Shown here: positions 17,706 through 31,559 of the stretch, piece after piece
Layout of the letters: every line of letters begins with the position of its first letter
Numbering within the stretch: the stretch's first letter is position 1
NCBI RefSeq assembly: GCF_009914755.1
Contig: NC_060933.1
Origin: the human T2T-CHM13v2.0 reference genome, Homo sapiens
Reading direction: 5' to 3' (one strand)
Length of the DNA: 64,000 bases
Program-made: the position numbers and the translations under genes
The notes under the pieces: model-generated
What the model saw: the letters and a program-made list of their open reading frames with translations, nothing else
What the model was told of the DNA's origin: nothing
The model's database searches: none

Positions 17706-19117
17706 TCTGTGCTAATTACCCTGGGTGCAATGTGCGATGTTGCCAGGGTTCTGCTTTTCAATTAACTCTTAGACTAGTTCTAAGGCTCTGCTGCCTAAGA
17801 GAAAGAAATGTAAGAAGCAATTTATACAGTGCGTTTTTTTCCAGAATGAAAGGACTCATTTCCTTGTCACAGAGCTGCAGACACCTCTGTGAAAAAAAAT
17901 CCCTGGTCATTACCAAGAGCATTAGTGGCAATCTCTGACAAGGAGCAAAGGTTTCTTTGTTCTGATAATGACAAAGATGGGCACTTGGGTGAGGCAGACC
18001 GTGACACTGCAGTGTAACTCGCTTTCAGCATAGCAACACGTTAGTTTAGGGTCACTGCGAAACTTAAAGGAAGTCATTCATGGACTGTATTTAGTGTGGC
18101 AATTAGTATACAGTAAGTACTCACTAAACATTAGTTTTTTTTTTAACCGTCACTTTTGCCAAAACTTTTAATATTTTTCTAATTAATTATTAATGTCAGA
18201 CACATTATGACACCTTTTTAACCCTCAAGAAACCCTTTTGTTCCTGGAAAATGGCTTTTTAAAAGCCCCTGCTTCTTCTAGTCTGAAGATGCAGTGTGCT
18301 GCTAGCCTAAATAATCCCTTGCCATTAGAGTGTCTTTCTCACACTCTCAACCAGGAGCATTAGTGTGGCAGACTGAGCCACGAGAAAGCAAGGGCTGCTA
18401 ACCACACTCCGGGAAGACCTTGAAATGTGTCTCTTTCCCAGTAGCTAAACATTTTTTTTTTTATTTAACCATTGACAACCGTGCAAAATTTTGGAAATCT
18501 GACCATGGCCACTTTTTAGGAGATTGTAGTGAAGGTACATGCTTGAGGAAGATTATTATGTCTCATTTATTACAAATTCTGAATCCTCCAATACATCTTG
18601 GATCTGGCAGCTAGTAGAGGACCTGGCACATGCTAGGCAATCAATAAATGTGATCTGAACAATGAGCTCTTTGAAAAGGCCAAATGGCCAAATGTTACAT
18701 ATAATTAGCATAAAATATCTCCCAAGAATCAGAATTATTTTCACAAAATGTGGTATAATGAGGGTAACCTATTTAGGGAAGAAAATGACTGTAAGATGCA
18801 TAAGTTGACTGCCAAAGGAGGAATAGTAACTTAATTAAACTATCTAGATAAGATGCTGGAGAAAATTTTAACTCTTGTCAAATGAATACCTTTCTGCTGT
18901 TGCTTGTATTTCAGCAAGCTATAGCAAGTAACAGGAAGTAGTTTGCCTATATTTCTGTAAGGTATTTTCCTCACCTCTCTAACCCAGAATGTCCCAAAAT
19001 GACTTCGGTGTATGCCAGCACTTATAAGAAAGGCCATCTTGAACAAATCTTCTAAATTTGGTAAAAATCTGTTGAGCTGTATTTTGCATGATGAAGCAAT
19101 AGAGAGAGAAAGGGGAT

Positions 19118-19118
19118 A

Positions 19119-19156
<38 letters not shown>
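19118..19156. repeat. (TG)n(AG)n microsatellite
   Basis: Read directly from the sequence. Confidence 0.95.
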
Positions 19157-19982
19157 TAAATATTTCATTTTATTTATATGTTTTAGACTAGGACAATCTG
19201 TTCTTTTGATAATATTACAATGATAGCATGCATTTCATATGTGTGCTAAAGGTGAACATAGACTTTTTTTCCATTGAGCAAATACTAGTGTACTTAATAA
19301 GCTACAATTAGAACAAGTGTTCAATTTTCATGTCTTTCATTAACAACATTTGAGATGAAATCATACTGAAAAGTAGGACTCCTCTGTACCATACTTTTTT
19401 TCCCACTCAACCAGACCCTCAAAGCTAATTGTGAAGTTCTTAAAAGATAGTAATAGCAAAAGTCCTCTTACTTAAATTAAGTTTGCTTAGAAGCATAATG
19501 CACTCTACATGGCCTCTTAGAGGACCTAGGAGATAGGACATAGGTGGACACTAATTGCATAAAATCCACTTCAGAAGTAATTAGATGCCTCAAAACCTGT
19601 AATATAATATTTTAAAAATTTAGTAACCATCTAATTAGAATTCCACAATTAAAAGTTTAATATTTACATTATGTCTGAACTCCAAAATTTTCCATTCAGA
19701 TTTTTGAAAACAATTACATATTTTATTTCCCTTGAAAGACAGAGCAACACCTTCAGTGTGACTCCCAAAAACCATTGAAGAAAAATATATTCATTAGCCT
19801 AAAAATATCCTACCCACAGGAGGGCCTATGACCACTGAAATGCTCTGCTATCATCACAGCCCAATTAGCAGTAGGCACAGGGACAGTTCGCCGTATCCCA
19901 ACTACTCAGTCAGCAACCGCAGCACCAATGTTGTTTTTCCAAGGAAAGCAGGTGGTGAATGTCATAATAAAGATAAGCTTAA

Positions 19983-20510
<528 letters not shown>

Positions 20511-20542
20511 TGAACAGACACTTCTCAAAAGAAGACATTTAT

Positions 20543-20765
20543 TCAAGATCAGCCTGGGCAACATAATGAGATCCCATCTCTACAAAAAGATTAAGAAATT
20601 ATCCAGGCATTGTGGTGTACACCTATAGTCCCAGCTACCCAGGATGCTGAGGTGGGAGGATCACTTGAGCCCAGAGGTTCAAGGCTGTAGTGAGCCATGA
20701 TCACATGGCTGCACTCCAGCCTGAGTGACAGAGCAAGATCCTGTCTAAAAACAAACAAACAAAAA
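20543..20765 (+). mobile_element. AluJ-type, 5'-truncated (inside the insert)
   Basis: J-type gggaggatcacttgagcccagaggttcaaggctgtagtgagccatgatc and an (AAAC)n tail. The first ~80 nt are missing. Confidence 0.9.
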
Positions 20766-21655
20766 GGATAGTTCTGTTGCCTACAAAATGGAATAATAGC
20801 ATCTACCTCACAGAACAGTAATAGGGATTAAATAAGTGAATGTCTATTAAGTACTTAGGATAATATTTATGGTATTTGAAGCTTTCAATAAATGGTAGTA
20901 AATTACTATCATTAATAATGCATTAGACACATTTACACTACATATGTAATTTTATTTTCATCTCTTACTCCTTATTCATTTTAATTTATGGTAAATTTTA
21001 GCTTATGATTTCATGAACACTTAGCAGTGGAAAAAGAACATGGAAGATCTCATATAAATGCTCCAAAATGGAAATTACTTATGTCACTTCTTCTCACAAT
21101 TCCTTGGCTAGAAGTGGTTAAATGACTGTACCCAATCACAGGGTAGAAAGACAGAAAGTATTGGCTTTGTAGTGCCTAGACAGAGAGACAGCACTAATGA
21201 CTACCATACTCAATCAGTCACTTACCCACCCAACTACCTACCTACCTACTCAGTGCTGATCCGGTGTCTTTTATATGTCAGGCACTGGGCTAGGTCCTGG
21301 CCAGGCACAGATGAGTATATCCTGAAGGAGTTCAAATTGTACTTGTTGACCATTCCAATTGCATATACTCAAACTTATATCTAAACAACATGGAAAACAC
21401 TGAAAATTTTGTAATGTCTTGGCATTCATCTGACTCCGACACACAGATTGCTTCAAGAAATAGCCCTGAAGTGAGGCGAATTTTTAAAATGTTTTCATGC
21501 TTAACTTGTCATCATTATAATAGTTTACTGACCTGTTCTGTATGTACATTAAAGCACATGATAAAAAGGAACTTATTTATTGATACAATCATTCAGTAAT
21601 TAAAAATAATTGTTTTGCCTATCTTTATTATAATAAAAGAAACAAAATTGAAAAA
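20543..21655 (+). mobile_element. TPRT-inserted non-L1 sequence (orphan 3' transduction or retrocopied transcript 3' end)
   Basis: Perfect 16-bp TSD aaaagaagacatttat (20527-20542 / 21656-21671), AATAAA at 21632-21637, A-run from 21651. Contains AluJ, MIR, MLT1-like and L2 fragments. Confidence 0.88.
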
Positions 21656-22634
21656 AAAAGAAGACATTTATGCAGCCAAAAAACACATGAAAAAATGCTC
21701 ACCATCACTGGCCATCAGAGAAATGCAAATCAAAACCACAATGAGATACCATCTCACACCAATTAGAATGGCAATCAGTAAAAAGTCAGGAAACAACAGG
21801 TGCTGGAGGGGATGTGGAGAAATAGGAACACTTTTACACTGTTGGTGGGACTGTAAACTAGTTCAATCATCATGGAAGTCAGTGCGGCGATTCCTCAGGG
21901 ATCTAGAACTAGAAATACCATTTGACCCAGCCATCCCATTACTGGGTATATACCCAAAGGACTACAAATCATGCTGCTATAAAGACACATGCACACGTAT
22001 GTTTATTGCGGCACTATTCACAATAGCAAAGACTTGGAACCAACCCAAATGTCCAACAATGATAGACTGGATTAAGAAAATGTGGCACATATACACCATG
22101 GAATACTATGCAGCCATAAAAAATGATGAGTTCATATCCTTTGTAGGGACATGGATGAAATTGGAAACCATCATTCTCAGTAAACTATCGCAAGAACAAA
22201 AAACCAAACACCGCATATTCTCACTCATAGGTGGGAATTGAACAATGAGATCACATGGACACAGGAAGGGGAATATCACACTCTGGGGACTGTGGTGGGG
22301 TCGGGGGAGGGGGGAGGGATAGCATTAGGAGATATACCTAATGCTAAATGACGAGTTAATGGGTGCAGCACACCCGCATGGCACATGTATACATATGTAA
22401 CTAACCTGCACATTGTGCACATGTACCCTAAAACTTAAAATATAATAATAATGAAATAAAAAAATAAAAGATACACAACCTCTAAAAAAAAAATTGAAGG
22501 GAGCTTATAGGGAAAGGATGAGATGAGCTGGATACCTAGTTTAAGGAAAGTCTGCCAACAGGCCTTGCTTAGCCAATGCTTCTCTTCATTCATTCTATTT
22601 TAATAAAAAGATGTTTTTAAAAATCGATACCAAA

Positions 22635-23030
<396 letters not shown>

Positions 23031-24139
23031 ACATGTCATATTTCTTTGTCACTGTCTGTTTCCTAAACCTGCACCACAAATTTGGCTTGCTGTCTGCTTA
23101 GCACTTTCACATCAGATTATATACTTCTTAGCACCTGGCCTTTCCTGATGTAGGGTAGTTACATCCTTCAGGCATGGATCTTTCTTTTTTCGTCTATATA
23201 CTAAATATCCTCTGTGTTATTCTGATATTTTTATGTGTGGATACTGGTCACTGGCCAAGGCACATGTGAATTATAAGAGTCAAGAATGCTAAGCCCCATG
23301 TGGAGATGCTTAGAGTACCAGTTGGTAGGTGTTAAGCATTATAAAATATCAAGAGTTCACAAAACAATGAGAATGTTACACAGAATATGTCAAGTGGAGC
23401 AGGCAAAGCTTGCACCTGTCTTGACAGGGGTCCACAGCTTATTTGAGATACAGAATGTTTTGATAATGGATGGTGCTGATATGGGAGGAAATGGTGAATA
23501 TGTTTGTGTTATTGAAAAAAATGGGGTGAACATCCTGTGTAACCTTCAGTTAGGCTTTTTGGCTGGCTTTGAAATGTATTTCATGCTACACTGAAGCTGG
23601 TGGGTAAGGGAATGAAAACAAACCCATAGGAACTTCAGGTCACATTGATTCTGAATTCAAAACATTATGCTAATAGCATAGAAAGACTGTATGTACTAGA
23701 TAGGACAGTAGCAATAACATTAGTATTACTAGTTAAATTAACATAATATCTGAAAGCTCCACAAGGTTCCTTACAGGTGATTTTTTTTTGGTATCTTTCA
23801 TCTGTACCTAAAAGCCATAGCCCCTATTGTGTGTCCTGGGACTGACTATCAGTGGAGCAAAGCATCTAGTGATTATTTTAAAGTGCCAATTCACGGATTT
23901 GAATAAATACAACAAAATATCAGCAAACAAAAAGGCTTTTTATTTTTGAAAAATATTTATACAATTTGTCTGTGCTTTCTTGTTTTTTGTTTTGTTTTCT
24001 TATACCCTAATGTTTGTTCCATGATGGAAGCTTAAATACCACGTGGACAAGTGGAGAAGAAGCTTAGGCTTCATCTTCTCCCTTTTTTCCTACATAGAAT
24101 CAATGAAGAGTTCTCACTGATTTAGCCATTGGGATAAAT

Positions 24140-24830
24140 TGATACTGTCCAATCTCTCCATCTTAGCTGACACCATCCTGGCCCAAGCCACCACTGTATC
24201 TACTTGGACTATCACAATACTGTTCTGTCACCTCAGAATTATGTTTGTTCTACTCTCTATTGAAGCAAGAATGATTTTTAAAAGGCAAATATGATAATAT
24301 TAGTCTTTAACACTCTTAACACCCAAACTATCCTCATGAAATATTGATTCACACTGATAAAATGGCTTTTGAGGCCAGGAGAAATCTGGTCTTAAAAAAC
24401 CTACTTCTCCAACTTCATTCTCCACCACTGCCCCCAAAGTTGCCATGCTCTTGCCCTCCTGTCCTCTTGTTCAACTCAGACCCTTTACTAATGCTGCTCC
24501 CTCTGTCTGAATGTTCTTTCACTCAGTTGATTGCTGCACATTTTACAAGTGTGATCATATTACTTCTACAAATAATATGTTTTTACCTCTGAAAATCTAC
24601 TGTGTTCTCTGCTATCATAGCATCATGTACTTCTGCTCTTAGCACATAACAAGATCATATTCAAAATATTATTGTGGAAGTATTTGTTTCAAATCTGTTT
24701 TCCCATTAGATTGAAAGCTCTGGGGGCAAACATTGTCTTATTCACTGGTATATACTTCACACCTAGCATCGTACCTAAAATATATTGGAAGTTCAAAATT
24801 ATTTGACACATAAAATCATGAATAAAATCA
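24140..24830 (+). mobile_element. L2 3' portion
   Basis: ctggcccaagccacca..cttggacta and ttagattgaaagctc..cacctagcatcgtacct motifs. Confidence 0.7.
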
Positions 24831-24909
24831 ATAGAGTCCCCATGAAAGCTTCTCTTTCTGTAATAGCAGGTGCACCACACATTTCAGAGCAACAAAAATC
24901 TCTTACAAT

Positions 24910-25090
24910 GTGAGCTCTTAGCATGTGCTAGGCACTAGATATGCAGAGACAAATGCAATGCTCCCTGCTTTCAAACAGCTAACTCATAGTTTAGAGGGAG
25001 GTAAGCAGAGGGCTTAAATAGATAAATCAGAGTAAAATGTAGTAAATGCTAACATGGAGATTTGAACAATGTTATGTGAAGTAGAGAGAA
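24910..25090 (-). mobile_element. L2 3' end
   Basis: catgtgctaggcactagagatgcagag..ctccctgctttc. Confidence 0.6.
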
Positions 25091-27887
25091 ATGAACACAT
25101 GCTGATGAGGAACTAAAAACTTGCCCTATTGTAAAGATATAAAATGTAGTCACATTTGAGTCCAAAAAGAAAATTAATTCAGTGTTCAGTATGTAGAAGA
25201 AGACAATTCTAGTTGGGCACACTACTATCCAGGCTTGTTTGTGGCCATTAATGTTTCCTTGCTAACACAGAACCAAAGCATAAAGACCCCTGTGCAAATT
25301 GAGGCTGTAGTTACCTTATTCATCTCAGGGATTATTGCTTCCCATCCTCCACTTTGAATTGTCTTGCCTTCCTTGAGTTGATTCAACTTCTATCCCACAA
25401 AATCCTTCAATGTCTGACTTATTAGAATTGATGAATTGACTGGGAATGAGCTTTGCGTACGATTGTGTTTCATCTAAGTTCTGTTTTCATGTTTGCTCTT
25501 ATTCGCCACCCACGAAAACTACATTTTGGCAGTGTATTTTAGAGGGTCATTGCATCGGTCAATATATGAGTAAATGAAGATACACAGATAAGGGTAGAGT
25601 TGAGAGGAAGCTGAGTGAGCAACTGCTCCTTTGAATATCTTCTAAAATTACACATTTTTTTTTTCAATTTTAGGGGAATATGATGTTGAAATGATTTCTG
25701 TTTTTAAAGAAAAGATAAAAAGAAGTTATGGGAGGCATTGTGAAACTAAAGCTATGAGACAAAGAGAGAAGACAATAAAATAACATTTGTTTTTGATACA
25801 TATGGTCTCCCTCTCCACTGCTGGCCTATTTCTCTTTATAGTTAGACCTTGACTATTGATGGGGTGTCCATCCTAGATCAAAATCTTGAGTATAGAGCTC
25901 CAGTTTTCAGCTTTGATTACTGAGTCCTGAGTTTGCTAAAGGCTATGTATTTTTACTAACAGAGCAACCAAATGTTAGTATACAAAATTAAAGTAAGACA
26001 GCACTTCAAAATAAACTATAAACATGACTTTAAGTAGGTCACTTCAAGGCTATTGCTAGGGGAGAAAAAGGCTTCTAATTTCTTGCTATTGTCAATGCTG
26101 CACAGCCTAATACCTCACAGTGTGAAGAGTAAATTAGAACAACTTTTCACTGACAAAGATTAAACTTTTTCATCATTCCTAAATTCCTGGGGATTTCTCC
26201 CACTGCTTCTACATGTTTTAAGCTTTTCAATTAAATCTCCTGGGTATTGGTTGCAAGAATGCCCACGGACAAGGGAATATTTGTCTCTGGGAGAGTTAAA
26301 CTATTGCAACAGAAGTTTGTCTTGGTTACTCCTGTATGGGCTAAATCTCTCAGCAATAGTGCCTTATCAGCCCACACTGCTAGAAGCCAAGTGCGGATTA
26401 CATTCCCCTGCCATCAAAACTGAACTAATGATACATTTAGTTTGGGGAAGAGAAAGAGTTTATGAAAAGTCGGGAAGTCAAGAACAGTCAACCTTGATAA
26501 CTCACTTGTTTTCCCTGGGATAATTTATTTTGACATTTAGGAGTCACGCACCAGGAATATAAACCCTCATGAACATGCTGCCATAGACTGGTGTGACAAA
26601 TATAAGCTTCTGCCTTCCAATTTTCCATCAGCTTTGCCTCCAACTCACCTTGATCCCTCCCACTGAGCATTTTGAATGCTTTGTTGGGCTGCCACAGAGA
26701 CCACGTTGGAATCAAAACTGTTTTGGTCTGTCCCAGGGCAGGAGCAGTCAATTAAAATCAGCTTAGAAGCAGCCCTGGGAAAGGCTGTATTTTTTTTTTT
26801 CTATAAAATATTTCTGGTGGGACTATGGGAAAAGACAGCTTTCAATTTTAAACAGTATATACGCTTGAATGAGAGATCAAAACAGCCATGTGGGAAACTA
26901 GTAACTTGGAAAGCTGAGGTGGAAATAACAATAATATTTTAAATTCAAGTATTAATTCTGATTGAAAAACACAAACCAGAGAGGGGGATCCCTAGCTGCC
27001 AGAAATGAGGTAAAAGATGAATTCATTTAAGAGATCTTTATTTTTTAAAACTCAAAATTGCCTTAAGCAAGAAAACATTTGCAAGATATTACAGATGGGA
27101 GAAGAGGGCAAACGGATCAGTAATTTTATTTTAAATATGCTGTATGTGTTTAATTAGTTTCAAAACAAGGATCAATGTGAGAGACTGCAGCTGGGAAGGG
27201 AAAGGGGTTATTAAAAAAAAAATTGAGCAGCTTAAAAATAAGCCAAATTCAGATTTGACAGACACTTACAACCCACAGTATCAGTGATAAATTGGGCATC
27301 CCAAACCATAAAGAGCCATACGAGTTTGATCCCTTTTTATCACTAATAAGCATAAAAAATGTTCACTAGCCTGTTTTCCAAGCCTTTATTCACAATAGCT
27401 TGTACCTACTATGACTATTTGAAAGTGGAATGTGGGAGAAATTAAGTGGACAGACATTCTTCCATGGAAGCCTGGCAGTCCAGCACTTAGCAATGAACTA
27501 AGCTTTGGAAATGGAAGAGCTGCAGAACTAGTATATTTCAGAGTGATTATTCTGAATATTTCTGCTTTAGAAGCCAGGCTGGTATGTTAACTCTGGAGAA
27601 TCCACAGTGAATTCAAAATTTTCTTTGGTTTGCCTCACTACATTTTCTACTCAGCTTGATTCAAAACATACTTATATATAGGTCATTAGCATTCTTCCAA
27701 GTTTAGATTAGCCTGGATTCTAGAAGACTTATTAGTACAAATTTCTGTTAACTTAAGGTGTTTAAAGGTAAACATATGTAACCTATGAAGGTGTAGCTTG
27801 AGATTCTTTGAATTTTTATGGAAAGTTGAAAAGCATAATTAAGTGAAAATTAAAGAAAAATGCATCTGTATTTTTATTTACATGTGC

Positions 27888-28369
27888 TGTGTTAGATTAC
27901 ATAAACGGTCATGATTCTCCATGGCTCTTTTCATTTAAGAGGTGGAATCTATTTCTCCATCTCTTGAACTGGTTGGTCCATGGCTTATTTTGACCAACAG
28001 TTTTGGAAGTGAGATGATGCAACTTCCCAACCGAGGCCCTAAGAAGCTTTGTCTGTTTCTATGTACTGTCTTGAAACTCTGAACCACCATATGAACAAGC
28101 CCAGGTTAGCTTGCTGGAAGATGAAAGACACATGGCCTACTTGCCCTCATTGCCCCATAGCCAACAGCCAGCAGTCCCAAGAAGCAGAACTGCCACACTG
28201 ACCAGCAGCTTACCTCAGCCACATAAGTGAGTCCAACAGCCCAGCAGAACTATTTAGCTTAGCCTAATCAAGATTGCTGACCAAAAGACACATTGACAAA
28301 GAAATAATTGTTGTTTTACTTCACTAAGTTGTGGGGTGACTTGACATATTGTGAAAAATAATCAATACA
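27888..28369 (+). mobile_element. MLT1 (G/H-type) MaLR solo LTR
   Basis: aagaggtggaatctatttctccatctcttgaa core and ttgttgtttta..cactaagttgtggggtg..aatcaataca end. Confidence 0.75.
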
Positions 28370-29924
28370 TGTACACATAGAGAATAAATGTGACAAAACT
28401 ATCATTTTTCTATTGCACTTAGATCTGCCATTTTAACTCTTTTGAATACCCAGAGAGTTCATTTAAACTTTAAAAAGTCTTTTTCTTTGCTCTGGAAACA
28501 ATGAGGAAGTAGGGTGAACTATTCTGGAACTATGTTGACTTATACCAATCATTGGGTAACTTAAATTACTTTTCCTTTGATTGCAGATTTTTATTAAAGG
28601 GTGCTTTTAATAGCTACCCACTGTAACCTCTTTTTTCTATTACCTATTATTTTAAAGGGGGAAAAAAACTCCTATAAAATAATTCTGCTGGACACAAAAA
28701 GCATCCAGCACATATTATGTACAGAAAAAGCAATGACTCCTTGTCCCCTACTCCTCTCTGTCCTTCTTGGGTTATAATAAGGACAGGAAGGGTAAGTAAA
28801 GAAGAAAAGCTGCCTTAACTGTATGAGAAGAGTAAGGAGTAGGGATTTGCTTTTCCCCAGTACAAGTTTTTTGTTTGTTTTTTTTTTTTTTTTTTTTGCT
28901 TTTTTTTCCCCAAGCAACAATGACGAATGAGATACATGATGTATAAGTGTAACAGTTATTACCTATCTTAGTTTAACCAGAATAGAAGCAATGTGTCTGC
29001 ATTTTTCAGAGCCACCATCTAGCACAGAGATTAAAATTAACTTTTATAAATAACTCAAATTCTCCCTCTATGATCTCATATTTTGTATGAGGCGCAAACC
29101 TCATTCTCATTCCTCCTTCAGACCTCCCAATATAGAGCACACTAAGGACACTACCTCTAATGACCATTTTGTTTACATGTTTTTTTTCAATTACAATTCC
29201 ATGATCCTAAGATGGAACACCCTGACTCTCCATTATTGTGGTGAAAATAATGTCAATCCTTTTGTATTTCTGTATGTTTTTTACTAACTCTTTCTACTAA
29301 AACTTACACATTTCTTCTCAAATTTGCCATAATTTAAATCCGATTCTCCCTTGTTAACACTGATGTGCTTTCTTCTTTGATAATGCCAGTCTTATCAATA
29401 ATCATGCAAAAGAAATCAAAGAAATATTGTTCTATTTTTATTTTAGAAATATTTATAATGAGAAGATAAATACAGTATGGGAAAAATATAAGGTAGAATC
29501 CGCCCCCCACCGACCCACACACACACAAATGAATGTGCTAACAAGAGAGTTTCACTGCTGGGCTCACTATATAACAGATCACGTTTCCATTTAAACATTG
29601 ATCAACCTGCCATATGTACCTCCTCTGAAGAACGGGGACCAAGAATCACTCATCATTTCAACCTGATTGCAATTAGAGTTAGGAAGTCAGATTGGCACAC
29701 TTTATTCTCTGTGTATGCAGTAATAGACATCTAGAGAGAAAGTAAGAATATGCATGAACAGCTGAAGACAAAAATACTCCACTTCTGTTTTCCCTCTCAA
29801 CAACTGTTCTGAAACACCAGGGGGTGGTTTTTCTTGTACTGATGAGAAGTCACGTTATTAGGAAGTGTTCAGAAAATGTGCTCTCCAGTGAAGCTCTCAC
29901 AGAATATAAGCTCTTCTCTTCATA

Positions 29925-30160
29925 AGCAAATGTTTTCTGGTGTCCTGTTTGTGCTAGGCACTGTTCTAGGCTCTGGGAGTATCATGATGAACAAGAAACA
30001 ATAGTGGTCTAATGGAGTTTGCATTCTACTCTGGGGAGATAAATCATGATAGTGAAAACTAAACAGATAAATACACGAGTAAGAAAAATATCCAGCAGTG
30101 ATAACTGCTATTCAGAAAATTCAATAAGGTGATTAAATGTAGGAAAAAAATAAAATGAAG
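29925..30160 (-). mobile_element. L2 3' end
   Basis: gtgctaggcactgttctaggctctgggag..gatgaacaaga..atggagtttgcattcta. Confidence 0.75.
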
Positions 30161-30901
30161 TGCTATGGACTGAACTGTGTTCCCCCCAAATTCATACATT
30201 GAAGCCCTAACCCCTGTGTGACTACTGGGAGATGGGGTCTGTGGGAGGTAATTAAGATTAACTGAGCTCATACAGGTGGAGTCCTAATTAAATTGCATTG
30301 GTCACTTTATAACAAGAGGAACCTGTCTCACTCTCTCTCTCTCTCTCTCTTTCTCTCCCCACACACATGCACTGAAGAAAGGCCACGTGAGGACACAGAG
30401 AGAAGGTGGCTGTCTACAAGCCAGGAGGAGAGCCCTCACAAGAAACCAAATTGACCAGAAACTTGATCTCGGATTTCTGGCCTATGGAACTGTGAGAAAA
30501 TAAATTTCTCTTGTTTAAATCAGGGGTCCCCAGTACCCAAGTCATAGCCTGGTAATGGTCTGTGGGCTGCACAGTAGGAAGTGAGGGCTGGCTAGCAAGC
30601 ATTACCAACAGAGCTCTGCCTCCTGTCAGATCAGCAGCAGCATCAGATTCTCATAGGAGCCCCAACCCTGTTGTGAACTGCTCATGTGAGGGATATAGGT
30701 TACATGCTCCTTATGAGAATCTAATTCCTGATGATCTGAGGTGGAACAGTTTCATTCTGAAAACACCCCCTTACCCCTCCGAGTCCGTGGAAAAACTGTT
30801 TTCCATGAAATCAGTCCCTGGTGCCAAAAAGATTGGGGACTGCTGGTTTAAATCACCCAGTCTGTGGCATTTTGTTATGGCAGCATGAGCAGACTAAGGC
30901 A
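30161..30901 (+). mobile_element. MLT1A-type MaLR solo LTR, interrupted by MER1B
   Basis: tgctatggactgaa start, gaactgtgagaaaataaatttc, and gcattttgttatggcagcatgagcagactaaggca end. Confidence 0.88.
30521..30845 (+). mobile_element. MER1B (hAT-Charlie MITE)
   Basis: TIRs caggggtcccca / tggggactgctg and a perfect 8-bp TSD gtttaaat (30513-30520 / 30846-30853). Confidence 0.92.
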
Positions 30902-31559
30902 AAAGGAAGACCCACACAATTTAAAGAAGAATCTTCAGAAAATTTTTCTCATTTTCTTCCATGTTGGACACAGAGACAGAAATAATTCAAGCCTGACAAC
31001 TGTTCTTATTACAAATTTCAAATTTTTTGATTGCCTTCTCTCCCCTCTCCGTGCCCCACCCCTAGGGGATACCATGCAAGAATGAAAAAGTCGAAGAGGA
31101 AAACTTCTTATTTAATCTCATGCCTGACTGAGAAATTTACTATTGAGGCTACGTGGCTTTAGAGCCATATACATATCCTCAATTCACATACACATTCCAA
31201 GTTTACTGCTCTAGTCTTACCTGTTTCTTCCTTCAGCATCTCTTCACAGCCTCCTCATCCCACCACCCACCATTTTCTTGCCCAGAACTACCACAGTGTT
31301 TTAAAATCCTACAGTCTGACAGTTCTGTTCACTAGCAGTGAAGCCTTCTCAAATTCTTTAAACTTTTCAAACTTTGGTTACTTTATCTGTAAACTGGGGG
31401 AAAAATAGCTATATCACAGGGCTTTTGGGAGAATTACATAAAATAGCACAAATAAAAGTATCTTGTTTATGGCAAAATGAATGTTGTTTTATTTACATAC
31501 TTTTTCCTTCGCCTTCTTACTCCTGTCTCTCATGCTCATGTGATTACTTACCACACAAG

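Noticed and set aside
21615-22241. 208-aa ORF fusing the insert tail to the L1 ORF2 C-terminus
   Set aside because: It starts at TTG and the novel part is only the A-rich tail read in frame. No promoter or splice evidence, so it is a by-product of the insertion.
28995-29016. ttttcagagccacc resembling a histone 3' stem-loop (also aaaggcagttttcactatcc at ~17352)
   Set aside because: The stem arm is missing or non-complementary, and there is no histone coding sequence nearby.
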